Source: the human T2T-CHM13v2.0 reference genome, Homo sapiens. From it: a DNA stretch of 64,000 nt. The position numbers and the translations under genes were made by a program. The notes beneath the pieces were generated by a model. The model saw only the letters and a list, made by a program, of their open reading frames with translations, was not told where the DNA came from and made no database searches. The DNA lies in NCBI RefSeq assembly GCF_009914755.1, contig NC_060941.1. One strand, given 5' to 3'. Position 1 is the stretch's first letter; each line of letters begins with the position of its first letter. Positions 44,406 through 64,000 of this stretch are shown here, one piece after another.

Positions 44406-44969
44406 TCACCACTAAGTATGATGGTAACTGTGGTTTTTTCACAAATACCTTTTATAATGTTGAGGCAGATCCCCTCGTTTCATAGTTTTCTCTATGTTTT
44501 AATGATGAAATGTTAGAATTTCTTAGATGCTTTTTCTGTGTCAGCTGGAATGACTGTTTTTTTCCCTTTGTTCTACTAATGCGGTACATTACGTTAACGG
44601 ATTTTCTTATGTTGAACCACCCCCTGCATTCCTGGGATGAAGCCCTCCCATCCCCTCAGCTGCAGCACCTGATTAAAGCCTTCTTCCTTGGCAAGAATCG
44701 TTGTCTCACTGATTGGCTTTCTGTGAGGTGAGTGGCAGGCCCTAGATGGAACCCCTGGTGTTTGAGTAACACCAGGATGGCCAGTAGCCTCCAGACGCCG
44801 GAGGAGCCAAGGAAGGATCCCCCTTTGAGACTTCATAACTGCGAGAGAATAATTTCTGTTTTGACAGAGTTTCACTTCATCACCCAGGCTGGAGTGCAGT
44901 GGCACGATCTGGGCTCACTGCAACCTCTGCCTCCTGAGTTCAAGTGAGTCACGTGCCTCGGCCTCCTGA

Positions 44970-45245
<276 letters not shown>

Positions 45246-45722
45246 TGAAAACGTATGTCCGCACAAGCCTGCACACATATGTTTATAGCAGCTTTACCCA
45301 TAATTGCCAAAACTTGGAACTAAGATGTTCCTAAACAGAGCCGGGGGCGGTGGCTTGTGACTGTAATCCCTGCTACTTGGGCAGCTGAGGCAGACAGTCA
45401 CTTGAGATCAGGGGTTTAGGAGCTGCCTGGGCAACAGAGGGAGACCCCTGTCTCTAATAAAATAAAATAAAATAAAATAAAATAAAATAAAAAATATGTC
45501 TTCACTTTGAGAGGCCAAGGCAGGTGGATCTCCTGAGATCAGGAGCTCAAGACCAGCCTGGCCAACATGGCAAAACCCCATCTCTACTAAAAATACAAAA
45601 ATTACACTGGGCGCAGTGGCTCCCGCCTGCAATCCCAGCACTTTGGGAGGCTGAGGCGGGCAGATCACGAGGTCAGGAGATCGAGATCATCCCGGCTAAC
45701 ATGGTGAAACGCCGTCTCTACT

Positions 45723-45954
<232 letters not shown>

Positions 45955-45997
45955 TTAGCTGGGTGTGGTGGCACACGCCTGTAATCACAGCTACTCA

Positions 45998-46168
<171 letters not shown>

Positions 46169-47099
46169 TTAGATATTATTCAGTGCTAAAAACAAATGAG
46201 CTATCAAGCCATGAAAAAACATTCAAGAACCTTAAACGCATATTACTAAGAAAAAGAAGCCAATGTGAAAAGGCCATATACTGTACGATTCCATACACAT
46301 GACCTTCTGGAAAAGCAAAACTATGGAGACAGTAAAAGGCTCAGTGGTTAGCAGGGGTTGGGGGAGGGAGGGATGGACAGGCAGAGCACAGGGGACTTTC
46401 AGGGCCACAAAACTACTCTGTATGACATGACAATGGTGGATACGGCATTACACATTTGTCCAAACCCACAGAATGTACAACACCAGGAATGAGCTGTAAT
46501 GTGAGCTATGGACCTTATTTAATAATTCCATATGCATATTGGTACATCAGTTGTAACAGAAGTATCACGCTATAATGCAAAATGTTACTAACGGGGAAAT
46601 GAGTGTAGGGGTCTGAGAGAGAGGATGTATGGGGATTCTGTTCTTTGTGCTCAATTCTTCTGTAAACCTATAACCGCTCCTCCCAGAAAAGTCTACTAAT
46701 TAATTCTTTTTTTTTTTTTTTTAAAGACGGAGTCTTGCTCTGTGTCCCAGCTGGAGTGCAGTGGTGCGATCTTGTCTCACTGAATCAAGAGATTCTCCTG
46801 CCTCAGCCTCCCAAGTAGCTGGGATTACAGACATGCATCACCATGCCTGGCTAATTTTTGTATTTTTAGTAGAGATGGGGTTTCACCGTGTTGGCCAGGT
46901 TAGTCTTGAACTCCTGATTTCAGGTGATCTGTCCACCTCGGCCTCCCAAAGTGCTGGGATTACAGGCATGAGCCACTGTGCCTGCCCTCTACTAATTAAT
47001 TTTTTAAAACACTTAAAACACACAGGCATACGTACATAATGACAAGTCACTGGCTGTTCACACACAAACAGAATAGCATGGGTTATGATCCCAGTCTTA

Positions 47100-47474
<375 letters not shown>

Positions 47475-47763
47475 CTATGATGATGTTCATGAAATATAAA
47501 ACCCCACAGATGGGGGAGATTTATTGCTTTTTTTCTGTATACTTTCTAAGTGGCTTGGATTTTTTCTGTTGAGCATGTTTATAAAACAAGTACTTAAAAT
47601 TTTTTTTTAATTTAATGAAGTAGTGTGACATTTCTTGCACCTTTGAGTTTGTGAGCAAATATTCATAAATTTATATTTGGATGTATGAGTTTGTTGTGAG
47701 AAAAAGACCACAAATTCACGTATGAAAACCCAAAAACCCAATGTGGTTATTGATGAGGGGTAG

Positions 47764-47946
<183 letters not shown>

Positions 47947-48440
47947 TGACTTATTTATTTATTTACTTATTTATTTATTGTAGAGACAGGATTTCATTGT
48001 GTTGCCCAGGCTGGTCTTGATCTCCTGGCTTCAAGTAATCCCTTCCACTTCAGCATCCCGAAGTGCTGGAATTACAGGTGTGAGCCACCATGTCTGGCCC
48101 CTGGATTTTTTTTTAAGTGCATTTTATCATATTCTTTTTCCTCTTCCCCCTCCTCTTCCACTCCCCCTCCTCCTTTTCCTTCTATTTCATTTTCTAATCA
48201 TGTCATTCCCTTGCTCACTGCTTTCAGTACCAGACACTAGGGAAATAAAAATTCCTTAAATTGTATGACTTATTAAAAGGTCCCAGCCCCTGTGGGAGGT
48301 CCACAGTTCCCCAAGCAAACGGGAAAAACAGGTTCACAAACTAGGTACCTTATATTCACATTATTTAAAGCTTACAGTAACCCATTTTACTGGTGGCAGG
48401 ATTAAGAGCCTTAACCTAGGAATGGAGGAGCCCAGGTTCG

Positions 48441-48811
48441 AACCCACATGTGGGGCGCTGGGAGTGTGGTTCCTCCCAGGGCTGCCGGGTTTCTTAGCCG
48501 CATCTCAAGGCAGCCCCCAGCGGGCCGCGCCCCATCCTATGGCCGCCTCTGCCCTCTTGCGGCGGCTTCTGGAACTACAGGTCGCCTTCCGGTCCCGGAA
48601 GTGAATGAGGGGTCCCCCGGGGGCTGTGCTAAGGACGGCCTGTGGCAGGGCCACTCCACACCCCTCAGCGTCCGGGCCACACAGACACAGAACGCAAGAG
48701 AGAGACTGACCCACCCACGCACCGGTCCCCATAGACGCAGAGACCGAGGCAGAAATGACGGGATTGCCGCAGACCGGCCAGGAGCAGGGACAGACAGCGG
48801 CTCCGCAGACT
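48441..48811. promoter_or_regulatory. Mirror copy of promoter-like CpG element
   Basis: ATGGCCGC...GGAACTACA...CTTCCGGTCCCGGAAGTG (CCGGAAGTG 48595-48603). Confidence 0.65.
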
Positions 48812-48901
48812 CTGGTGGGACTGGGCTGAGGCCACTCTCGTGTTCTCACCACACCCTCTCTCAACTATAACTACCTAATAAAACTTAAAATTGTTCTATA
48901 A

Positions 48902-49312
<411 letters not shown>

Positions 49313-49494
49313 TAGGATAAAAACAAAACAATGTTATTAAATGGTGTTGGATGCTTCCCCACAGAGGCTGTGTAGGATGAGTGCTCTGTTCAAAAACGAG
49401 TTTTAGCAAAGTGTGAGGACAGTTTTGCAAACATGTTTCATATTCCAACTCAGTAGACACAATTTTTCACAAAGTAACATTCTTCCTTTTCTGA

Positions 49495-49894
<400 letters not shown>

Positions 49895-50714
49895 TAGCCA
49901 GGATGGTCTTGATCTCCTGACCTCGTGATCCGCCCGCCTCGGCCTCCCAAAGTGCTGGGATTACAGGCGTGAGCCACCGCACCCGGCCTTAAAAAGAAGT
50001 TTTAAAAAAACTAATTTGGATTCAGTATACTAACTTTATAGCTCACTAAGCAGTCACACCCCATAATTGGAAAAACTGTGTGCAAAATACGTAAAGCCCT
50101 AACACTGTGCAGAGATTTTACCTGGGCATAATCAGCAGACTGAAAGTGAATGAAGAAGGAAATTGCCTTCCCACTGTAGTTGATTGTCTACTGAGGCGGC
50201 CACCAAGAACTTCTCCCTGCCCTGTGCCCTCCGCCACCCCCACATCCAAAGGTGAAGCCTATTTCCCCTCCCCTTGCATCTGGCCTGGCCTTGTGGCTGT
50301 TTTCACCCCTAGAATGCACCCCCACTAGAATGCACCAGAAGCGATGTTCTGGGACTTCCAAGTTAAGACCTCAAGAGGACTAGCAGCTTCTGATTGTTAT
50401 CATTTGGGATGCTCCTTCTGGAAATGAGCCACCACGTTGTGAGGAAGCCCAAGAAGCAACACAGAAAGACCCATGCGGAGAACTGAGGCCCTGGGCTAAC
50501 AGCTCCAGCTAAGCTTCTAGCTGGCAGCCAGCAGCAACTGCCAGCCACATACTTCCTATCCATGCCTATGGCATCACATCACGAAAACACAGGATGACCG
50601 GGCGCAGTGGCTCACGCCTGTAATCCCAGCACTTTGGGAGGCCGAGGTGGGCGGATCACGAGGTCAGGAGATCGAGACCATCCTGGCTAACACGGTGAAA
50701 CCCCATCTCTACTA

Positions 50715-51394
<680 letters not shown>

Positions 51395-51572
51395 CGGACT
51401 TTCTCTGGCTTCAAGAGAATGCTCAGCCCGGGCGAAGGGCAAAAGAACAGTGAGGACAAGTGCCACCCTCTCCAGCCCTTGTTGGGACACTTCCGAGCTG
51501 TGCTCGCCCAAGAGCACTGAGCCTCTGCTGCCTGCAGCAGTGACCTGCTCCTTCTTGGCTTTCACCCCTTGA

Positions 51573-51883
<311 letters not shown>

Positions 51884-52397
51884 TGATCCATCCGCTTCGG
51901 CCTTCCAAAGTACTGGGATTACAGGCGTGAGCCACCGCGCCCGGCCTATTTGAGAACTCAAACCAAGACAGGAAGAGCCGGGTAAACGCTAAGTTTAATG
52001 ATGGCCGTTATTCCAGTTATTCACTCGCATTGCCTCTTACTGTAGAGGAAAATAAACAGGAATGTAATAATCACAGCTAACATTAATTAAGCCCCTACTG
52101 GATATGATACATGTTTCAGATGTACTAACTCACTTCTTACCAACAACCGTCTGAAATATCTTTAAGTCCATTTTCCACACAGGGAAACCAAGGCATAGAG
52201 AGCCTAAGCAACTTAACATCTCATTGCCAGCAAGCAACAGCAGCAGAATTCACACCTAGAAAGTGGGGCTTAATAAAATGTAAAATTGTTCTATAAATAG
52301 ATAAAGTGTTATTAAAAAGAAAAATAGAATGAATTTTGAAACGTCAATTAATGTACTTATTTATTTATTTATTTATTTGAGATGGAGTCTTGCTTAG

Positions 52398-52541
<144 letters not shown>

Positions 52542-53523
52542 TAGTAGAGATGGGATTTCACTGTGTTAGCCAGGATGGTCTCGATCTCCTGACCTTGTGA
52601 TCCGCCCGCCTTGGCCTCCCAAAGTGCTGGGATTATAGGCGTGAGCCACCGCACCTGGCCTATTCATTTTATTTTTAAGACAGGGTGTCACTCTGTTACC
52701 CAGGCTGGAGTGCAGTGGTACAATCATGGCTCACTTCAACCTCGAACTCCTGGGCTCAAGTGATCCTCTCACCTCAGCCTCCTGAGTAGCAGGTGGACAC
52801 CACTCAGGGCCCATGTGTTCACATATTAGGCCACAGTGCCTCTCCAACCCCCAGAATGAAATCCAAGCCCCTTGGCCTGGTCCTCAAGTCTTTCTCTGAC
52901 CTGGTCATCCCTGCCACCTGCCCTCTCTTCTCCAGCTACCTTGAATCACTTGAAGAATCTCCATGCCTCACAGCTTTCATTGCTGTTACTTCTGCCTTGA
53001 ACACCCTTCCTCCTTGTCATTCCCACTTTTCAAGTCTCACATCAGCATGCACTGCCTCCTCCAGGAAGCCTCTCAGCACTCACCCCAGAGTCCGTCAGGC
53101 TCCTCCAGGTTCCTATGGCCTCCCAGCTGTCCCCTATTTGATCACAAGTGCTGGCTCTGGAAGAGTTGATAGAGGAGCAGGCGGCTGAGTGAGAGGCACC
53201 ATGAGGAGTGGGCGGCTGAGTGAGAGGCACCGTCCTGCCCCATGGTTAGCGCAAAAATCGATAAACCAGCACCCAATGGGCACCTACTGTGTGCAAGGCA
53301 CTGTTCTCAGTGCTGGGGCTACCCATGGAAGTAGACAGACAAAAATCCCCGCACTTACAGGCCGACTTTCTCCTGGGCAGGCAGACGATAAACACAGTAA
53401 GTAGGATGGAGAGCTGGGAGGTGGCCCAAGGAGAGCACATGAGGGAGGATGCTGGGCGTTCGTGCCATTTGCATGGCTATGACAGCGTGCTGCGGGGGCA
53501 TCGATGTTCCCACCTCCCCATGA

Positions 53524-54038
<515 letters not shown>

Positions 54039-54613
54039 TGACTCATTTTTTATTTTTGGTAGAGACGGGGTTTCTCAGTGTTGGTCAGGCTGGTCTCAAA
54101 CTCCTGACCTCAGGTGATCCGCCCGCCTCGACCTCCCAAAGTGCTGGGATTACAGGCGTGAGCCACCGCGCCCGGTCCGGCTTCACTTCTTTAAGCACTC
54201 ACCCTGTGCTAGATAGACAACTGACATTCCGCGTTGTGTTTATTGTTTATTGCCCGTCCCCTCTATGTCAGCTTCCTGAGGCAGTGACTTTGCTCATCGT
54301 TGTCCCTGCGGTATCGCCGGTGCCCAACTCAGTATCTAGCACACGGTAAGTACTCAGGGAAGAGTTGTGGAGGATACATTTTGCGGAAGGGGAAACTGAA
54401 TCTCAAGGAAGGAAGATGATTTGCTCGAGGCCACATGAAAATTAGAAGGCAGGAGAGGGATTTGAGCAGGGTCTGTGGCTCCGAGACCGAGGCTCCTCTC
54501 CGGGTGACTCTTCCCGGGATTCTGGCCTCATTTGGACCTCCAGGGCCCCGGACCTGAGCCTGGGGCAGAGCTGGGACCCAGGCGGGCGAGGCTGAGCGGC
54601 TAGCTGAGAGTCG

Positions 54614-54627
54614 CCAGCAGAGGGCGC
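54614..54627 (+). promoter_or_regulatory. CTCF motif (mirror, points away from centre)
   Basis: CCAGCAGAGGGCGC on the + strand. Confidence 0.75.
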
Positions 54628-56062
54628 TGTCTACACGTGTCCGGGCGCAAGGAGGCACCAGTAGGGCTGAGCCTGGGGAGACAGAGAGAGCGGCGGGTTG
54701 TGGGGTGGTGGGGCAGTGGGGCGGTGGGGCGGTGGGGCGGTGGGGCGACAGGATGGGGAGGAGACTGAGGCAGCGGGTGCTGTGGGAACCTACAGGAGAA
54801 CTTTACCAGCTGGATAAAGGCAGGTTTCCCAGGAGTTTATTTTTTAACTGTATGCTGAAAAATAAATGGGAGGTGGCGTTTGAGAAAGCGAAGTGTGTTC
54901 CAGGTGGAGAGAACAGCATGTGTGAAGGCCCAGAGCCGGCCCCCGGATCTTTTCAGAATGCATCTTGGTCAGGGGAGGATGGTCGGCCAGGACACATGCA
55001 TGGCCCCCTGGAGTCGTGCAGCGCTGGCCTTGGTGAGGCACAGATTGAGGCGTAAAGGAGGTGCTCCTGCCGAAATTTAATTATGCCCAGGCATGGTATC
55101 CCAGCATTTTGGGAGGCCAAGGTGAGAGGATTGCTTGAGGCCAGGAAGTTCGAGACCAGCCTGGGCAACATAGTGAGATGCGATCTCTACAAAAATTTAA
55201 AAAATTAGCCAGGTGTGGTGGCATACACTTGTAGTCCCAGCTACTCTGGAGGCTAAGGTGGAAGGATCACTTGAGCACAAGAAGTGGAGGCTGCAGTGAG
55301 CTGAAGGGGCCACTGCACTCCAGCCTGGGTGACAGAACAAGACCCTGTCTAAAAAACAAACAAAGAAGTAAATGCCCTAGTCTCAGGTATTCTGTTAGAG
55401 CAACACCAAACACACTAAGACAGGGAGGAAGGGGCTGGGTGGGCTCCCACAGTCCTGTCCAGCCACTGGGCCCGTGCAGCACAGCACTTCCCGGGTGCAT
55501 CAGCATTGAGCCTTTCCTGAGTGCTGCTGCCATCTGTCCTCCAGTTATGAAGGGAACAAGAGACCCAGAAGGGGTGGGGCTGGCCCATGGTCTCCCTTGC
55601 TCACAGCCCTGGGCTGGAGCCCTTGTACAGAGCTGCCTCCTGGTCAGCCAAGAAAGGCTCACTGGAGGAGGAGGGGTAGGTCAGGCCTCTTCCTGGCCTC
55701 AGAACAGGATATGGGTGGGGGATGTTGGTGTCTCCTACACTGGGGCCTGCCCACCTTCTTCCCCCAATGTTCCTCCATCCTGCTCTGAGCGTTGTGCAGA
55801 GGACCCTGGACTGTGGGGTTCATCCTTTCCTAGGGAGCTTCCAAGGGCCCACACAGCCTGCTCCCCGCACCCCATGGAGGCGCAATGATAGCAGAATTAC
55901 TGGCACTGTTAACCTGCTGGAGTGGGAACCTGGAGTCCTGGAAGGTCAGAGGTCAAGCTGGGGGGCTGGGGGCACTGCCTGCACTGGCCACTGCAGTGCA
56001 GAGAAGCTGAGGTGACCTCAATCTGAGAGACTGGAGACCAGGGTTGGGTGAGGGTGCATGGG

Positions 56063-56695
56063 AAACGGGTGGATGGGGACTGGGTGAATGGGTACTGAGT
56101 GGATGGGGACTGGGTGGATGGGGAGTGGGTGGATGGATAGTGGGTGGATGGGGACTGAGTGGATGGGGACTGGGTAGATGGATACTGGGTGGATGGGGAC
56201 TGAGTGGATGGGTACTGGGTGGATGGGGACTGGGTGGGTGGGGATTGGTGGATGGGTACTGGGTGGATGGGGACTGGGTGGATGGGGACTGGGTGGGTGG
56301 GGATTGGTGGATGGGTACTGGGTGGATGGGGACTGGGTGGGTAGGGATTGGTGGATGGGGACTGGGTGGATGGGGATTGGTGGATGGGGATTGGTGGATG
56401 GGGACTGGGTGGGTGGGGACTGGGTGGATGGGGATTGGTGGATGGGGACTGGGTGGATGGGGACTGGGTGGATGGGGATTGGTGGATGGGGACTGGGTGG
56501 ATGGGGACTGGGTAGATGGGGACTGGGTGGGTGGGGACTGGGTGGATGGGGATTGGTAGATGGGGACTGGGTGGATGGGGATTTGTGGATGGGGACTGGG
56601 TGGATGGGGATTGGTGGATGGGGACTGGGTGGATGGGAACTGGGTAGATGGATACTGGGTGGATTGGGACTGGTGGATGGGGACTGACTGGATGG
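56063..56695 (-). repeat. Mirror minisatellite (GGGTGGATGGGGACT)n
   Basis: Translated ORFs identical to the left copy. Confidence 0.95.
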
Positions 56696-57888
56696 AAGGA
56701 GGGCAGGGGGCCAGGTGGGGCCAGGCAGCCTGCCTGCTCTGCTGAGCAGCCTGGACCCAGGGGCTGCCTCTCCCAGGCCTCAGTCTCATCATCTATAGAA
56801 TGGAGTTTCCAGAGATGGTCTGAGGCCCCTTCCAACTACCTGCAATGTGCTGGGTCCCAGGTCCACAGGAAGGACTGGTTCCTAGGGTCTTCCTTCCCAG
56901 CAAATTGTCCCTCCTGCTTCTGGCAGCAAAAGCTTCCCAGGATAATATTATCAATAGTAATATTGTCCCCCCTCCTCCTCTGCCTCTTCTTGTGTTTCTA
57001 TATTCCAGGAACTTTCCTAAATGATTCATTTATTTATCAAATAATTTAATCCCCCACAATCCCATGAGTAAGAGACATTTACTGATCCCTTTTTATAGTT
57101 GAGGAAACAGACTCAGGGAGGGGAGGTGACTTGCCAGAGCCACACAGCTGGCAATCTGGCTCCTGTACTTCCGCATCCCTGAGGTCACTTTGGTGCCCCC
57201 GCCGCATGCCAGGGATAAAGAGACCCAAGACCTTACCGCAACTCACGGAGACCTATGTGGCTGCATGTGTCACCCCCAGGCAGAGTGACTTGAAGGGCCC
57301 AGGGAGGGGCCTCTTTTCATCCTGGGGACTGCCAAGCCCTGGAGTCCAGCTGGGCACGGGCAGTCAGCCTGGGCTGGGGGATGGTGCCTGGCTGCTAGGA
57401 TGCTGGTCCTAGCATGGCAGGCATGGGTTAAAATCCCAGCTGTGCCACTTTCTGGTGTGTGATTCCAGGCACGTGACCTTTCTGCTTTGTGCCTCAGTTT
57501 CCCCTTCTGTGGAACGGGGATAATAGCAACACCTCTTTTATAAGGCAAGGTGGTTGTGAGGATTCAATGAAGCAATACACGAAAGCAGTTGCCTGCTTGG
57601 TCCCGTGGGTTCTCCATGGGATAGGGAACCCACGGAAGCCACGCCCAGCTAATTTTTTTGTATTTTTTTTAGTAGAGACAGGGTTTCACCATGTTGGCCA
57701 GGCTGGTTTCAAACTCCTGACCTTGAGTGATCCACCCACTTCAGCCTCCCAAAGTGCTAGGATTACAGGCCTGAGCCACGGCTCCTGGCTGTTTGTTTTT
57801 TGAGACAGGGTCTCACTCTGTCGCCCAGGCTTGAGGGCAGTGGTGCTGTCATAGCTCATTGCAGCCTTGATCTCCTGGGCTCAAGTGA

Positions 57889-58125
<237 letters not shown>

Positions 58126-59401
58126 TGAGCCTCAGTTTCCTCCTTTGTAGGTGGGACTTGCTCAGGGACTCACTGCTGGCCTTGGGGAGCAGAGAACTCA
58201 GGTCTTTGTGATTCCGAAGTCCAGGTTCTTCCACCTGCAACTGCAGTTTCCAGAATTGGTCCCACCCCAGGAGGATCAGCCAGGTGATATGAGATCCTGC
58301 TCGGGGCTGTGAAAAGGGAATGGGAAGTCAGGGCACCCTGCCTGGTCCCACACTGATCCACCTGGGGTACCCATCTGAGAAATAGGGGTGGAGACCAGAC
58401 TGGATGATGCAAATGGCATGTGGCATTGATCATTGGCCCCTCACGCTGGCCACGGCCTCTAGGTGGGCAGAGTGCACTCCCTGTCTCTTGACTCTGGGCT
58501 CAGCCATGTAACTTGCTTTGGTCAATGGGATAGCAGTGGCTATAACAAGACCAAAGGCTTGAGGTGCACTTCCACAGTGGAGCTGTCTTCTTGGCTTCTG
58601 CTGTGAGAAGATTGTCCCCCTGAATGGCTGCCGGCCCTTCAGCCTCGCCCCGCCAAGAGACACATGGAACAGCCAGAGCCCAGCCTAGAGCCTGTATCCC
58701 AGCCTAGCCTGAGGCAGAGACACCCAGCCAAGACCAACTGACCTTCAGCTAACCTGCAGATGCATCAGGGGGAATTAAATGATTGTTCTAAACCACTGAG
58801 TTTTGGGGTGGTTTGTTATGTGGCATTATTGCAGTGATAGCTAATACAAGCCTGGTGTCAGTCTACAACTCTTGGACTCTGAGCTGCATTTACGTCCTGA
58901 ATCCATCACTTACTGAGAATCAGGTCTTTATTATTATTATTAATTTTACTCCATCAATTTCAAGTTTTCCATAAGAGACATAGACAATGTAAAGGTCAAA
59001 GATTTTGGGCGACAAAACAGAGATAACTACAAAACCTCTGGCAAACAACAGTTGCTACCTTTGCACCAAGCTGAGCTCTGAGCTTCCTGACAGGCATGGC
59101 AAAGAGAGGAAGAACATGCACTACTCATATGCTGGGGAGCATTAAGGTCCTACGGGCTGCGTCCCATGGGCTGGCGACCTCCCACTGGGGCCCTCTTCAC
59201 ATTGCTGTGGGATCCCAGCATTTTCCCCAACTTTCCTCCTTCCAGACCCTGCTCCAGTATCACCCCAACTTGAAGCCTTCCTGGCTGTTAGAATTTCTTA
59301 CAGCAGATTGCCTCTGTCACTCATTAGTTCATCCCGTATCTGCTGGCATCAACCTATGTTGTGCTTAGAAAAGACTTATAGAGGCCGGGCGTGGTGGCTC
59401 A

Positions 59402-60086
<685 letters not shown>

Positions 60087-60137
60087 TCAGGAGATCGAGA
60101 CCATCCTGGCTAACACAGTGAAACCCCGTCTGTATTA

Positions 60138-60344
<207 letters not shown>

Positions 60345-60509
60345 TTATCGAGTGAATAATGAATAAATGAATGAATGAGGAAATGAATTTACAGATGGGG
60401 AAGTGAATTAATGAAGTTAAAAGCAAGTACATGGAAGAAAGTGTTTGTTTACCTGAGTCTGATTAGGGGAAGGAGCCCTGAGTGGAGGCACTGTCGTTTG
60501 AGGTGGTCT

Positions 60510-63520
<3,011 letters not shown>

Positions 63521-64000
63521 ACAACAAGTAAGACTAAGGAGTGATGGGGGGGCTAAGGAAATTGCTTTTATTTTATACAAGTTTATTGAAAACCACCTGT
63601 ACTTATCCCTGAGAGAGGATGCAGATATGGCCCCTGCTTATTAGAAGCACAGGTCTGAGGGGGGGAGGCAGATCCAGATCCAGACCCAGCCAATCATGGC
63701 TGAAGGTGATCAGTGCTGTGACAAAGGAGTCCCAGGGACTGAAGGGCCCAAGAAAGCCCCAGTCCATCCTGGAGGTCAGGGAAAGCTCCCTGGGGATGGA
63801 AAGAAATGGGTTGTATAGGAATTTGCCAGGAGAAGAGGTGGGAGAAGATGGAGCAACATGAGCAAAGGGTGAGGAATGAGAAGAACTAAGCAAATGTGCA
63901 GGAGAAATAAATGGAGCTTCTAGAAATTTAACACCTGGTAACATATTAAAAACTCAATGGAGAGTTTAAACGACAGTTTAGACAAAGCTGAATAGAGAAT

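Overview
This is Alu-saturated primate (human or great-ape) genomic DNA, and I find no intact protein-coding gene. Two U3 snoRNA genes next to kynureninase (KYNU) processed pseudogenes match what I recall of the SNORD3 cluster at human 17p11.2, but I cannot confirm the species or which SNORD3 paralogues these are. The dominant structure is a giant palindrome. The left arm (18245-~40926) and right arm (~41339-64000, running off the window) are ~99.9% identical by eye over most of their length and flank a ~410-bp spacer. From the centre outward, each arm carries a U3 gene with full snRNA-type Pol II signals (DSE, PSE, putative 3' box), an orphan ETS/ZNF143/YY1 promoter-like CpG element, a MER53, a strong outward-pointing CTCF site, a G-rich minisatellite and an Alu-interrupted KYNU pseudogene. 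The two U3 genes converge tail-to-tail 1.8 kb apart. Four points stand out. (1) Each U3 copy has a different, probably damaging lesion where the other is canonical: a box C' G>A in one and a 6-nt deletion beside the B/C motif in the other. (2) Arm differences concentrate in the inner ~900 bp. (3) The spacer is a diverged direct copy of sequence 4.2 kb upstream, suggesting an older tandem U3 unit. (4) Read-through would fold into long dsRNA. The unpaired left part (1-18244) holds repeats, an orphan CpG island and a possible relic coding exon. Nearly all ORF-track ORFs are Alu, minisatellite or GC-rich artefacts.
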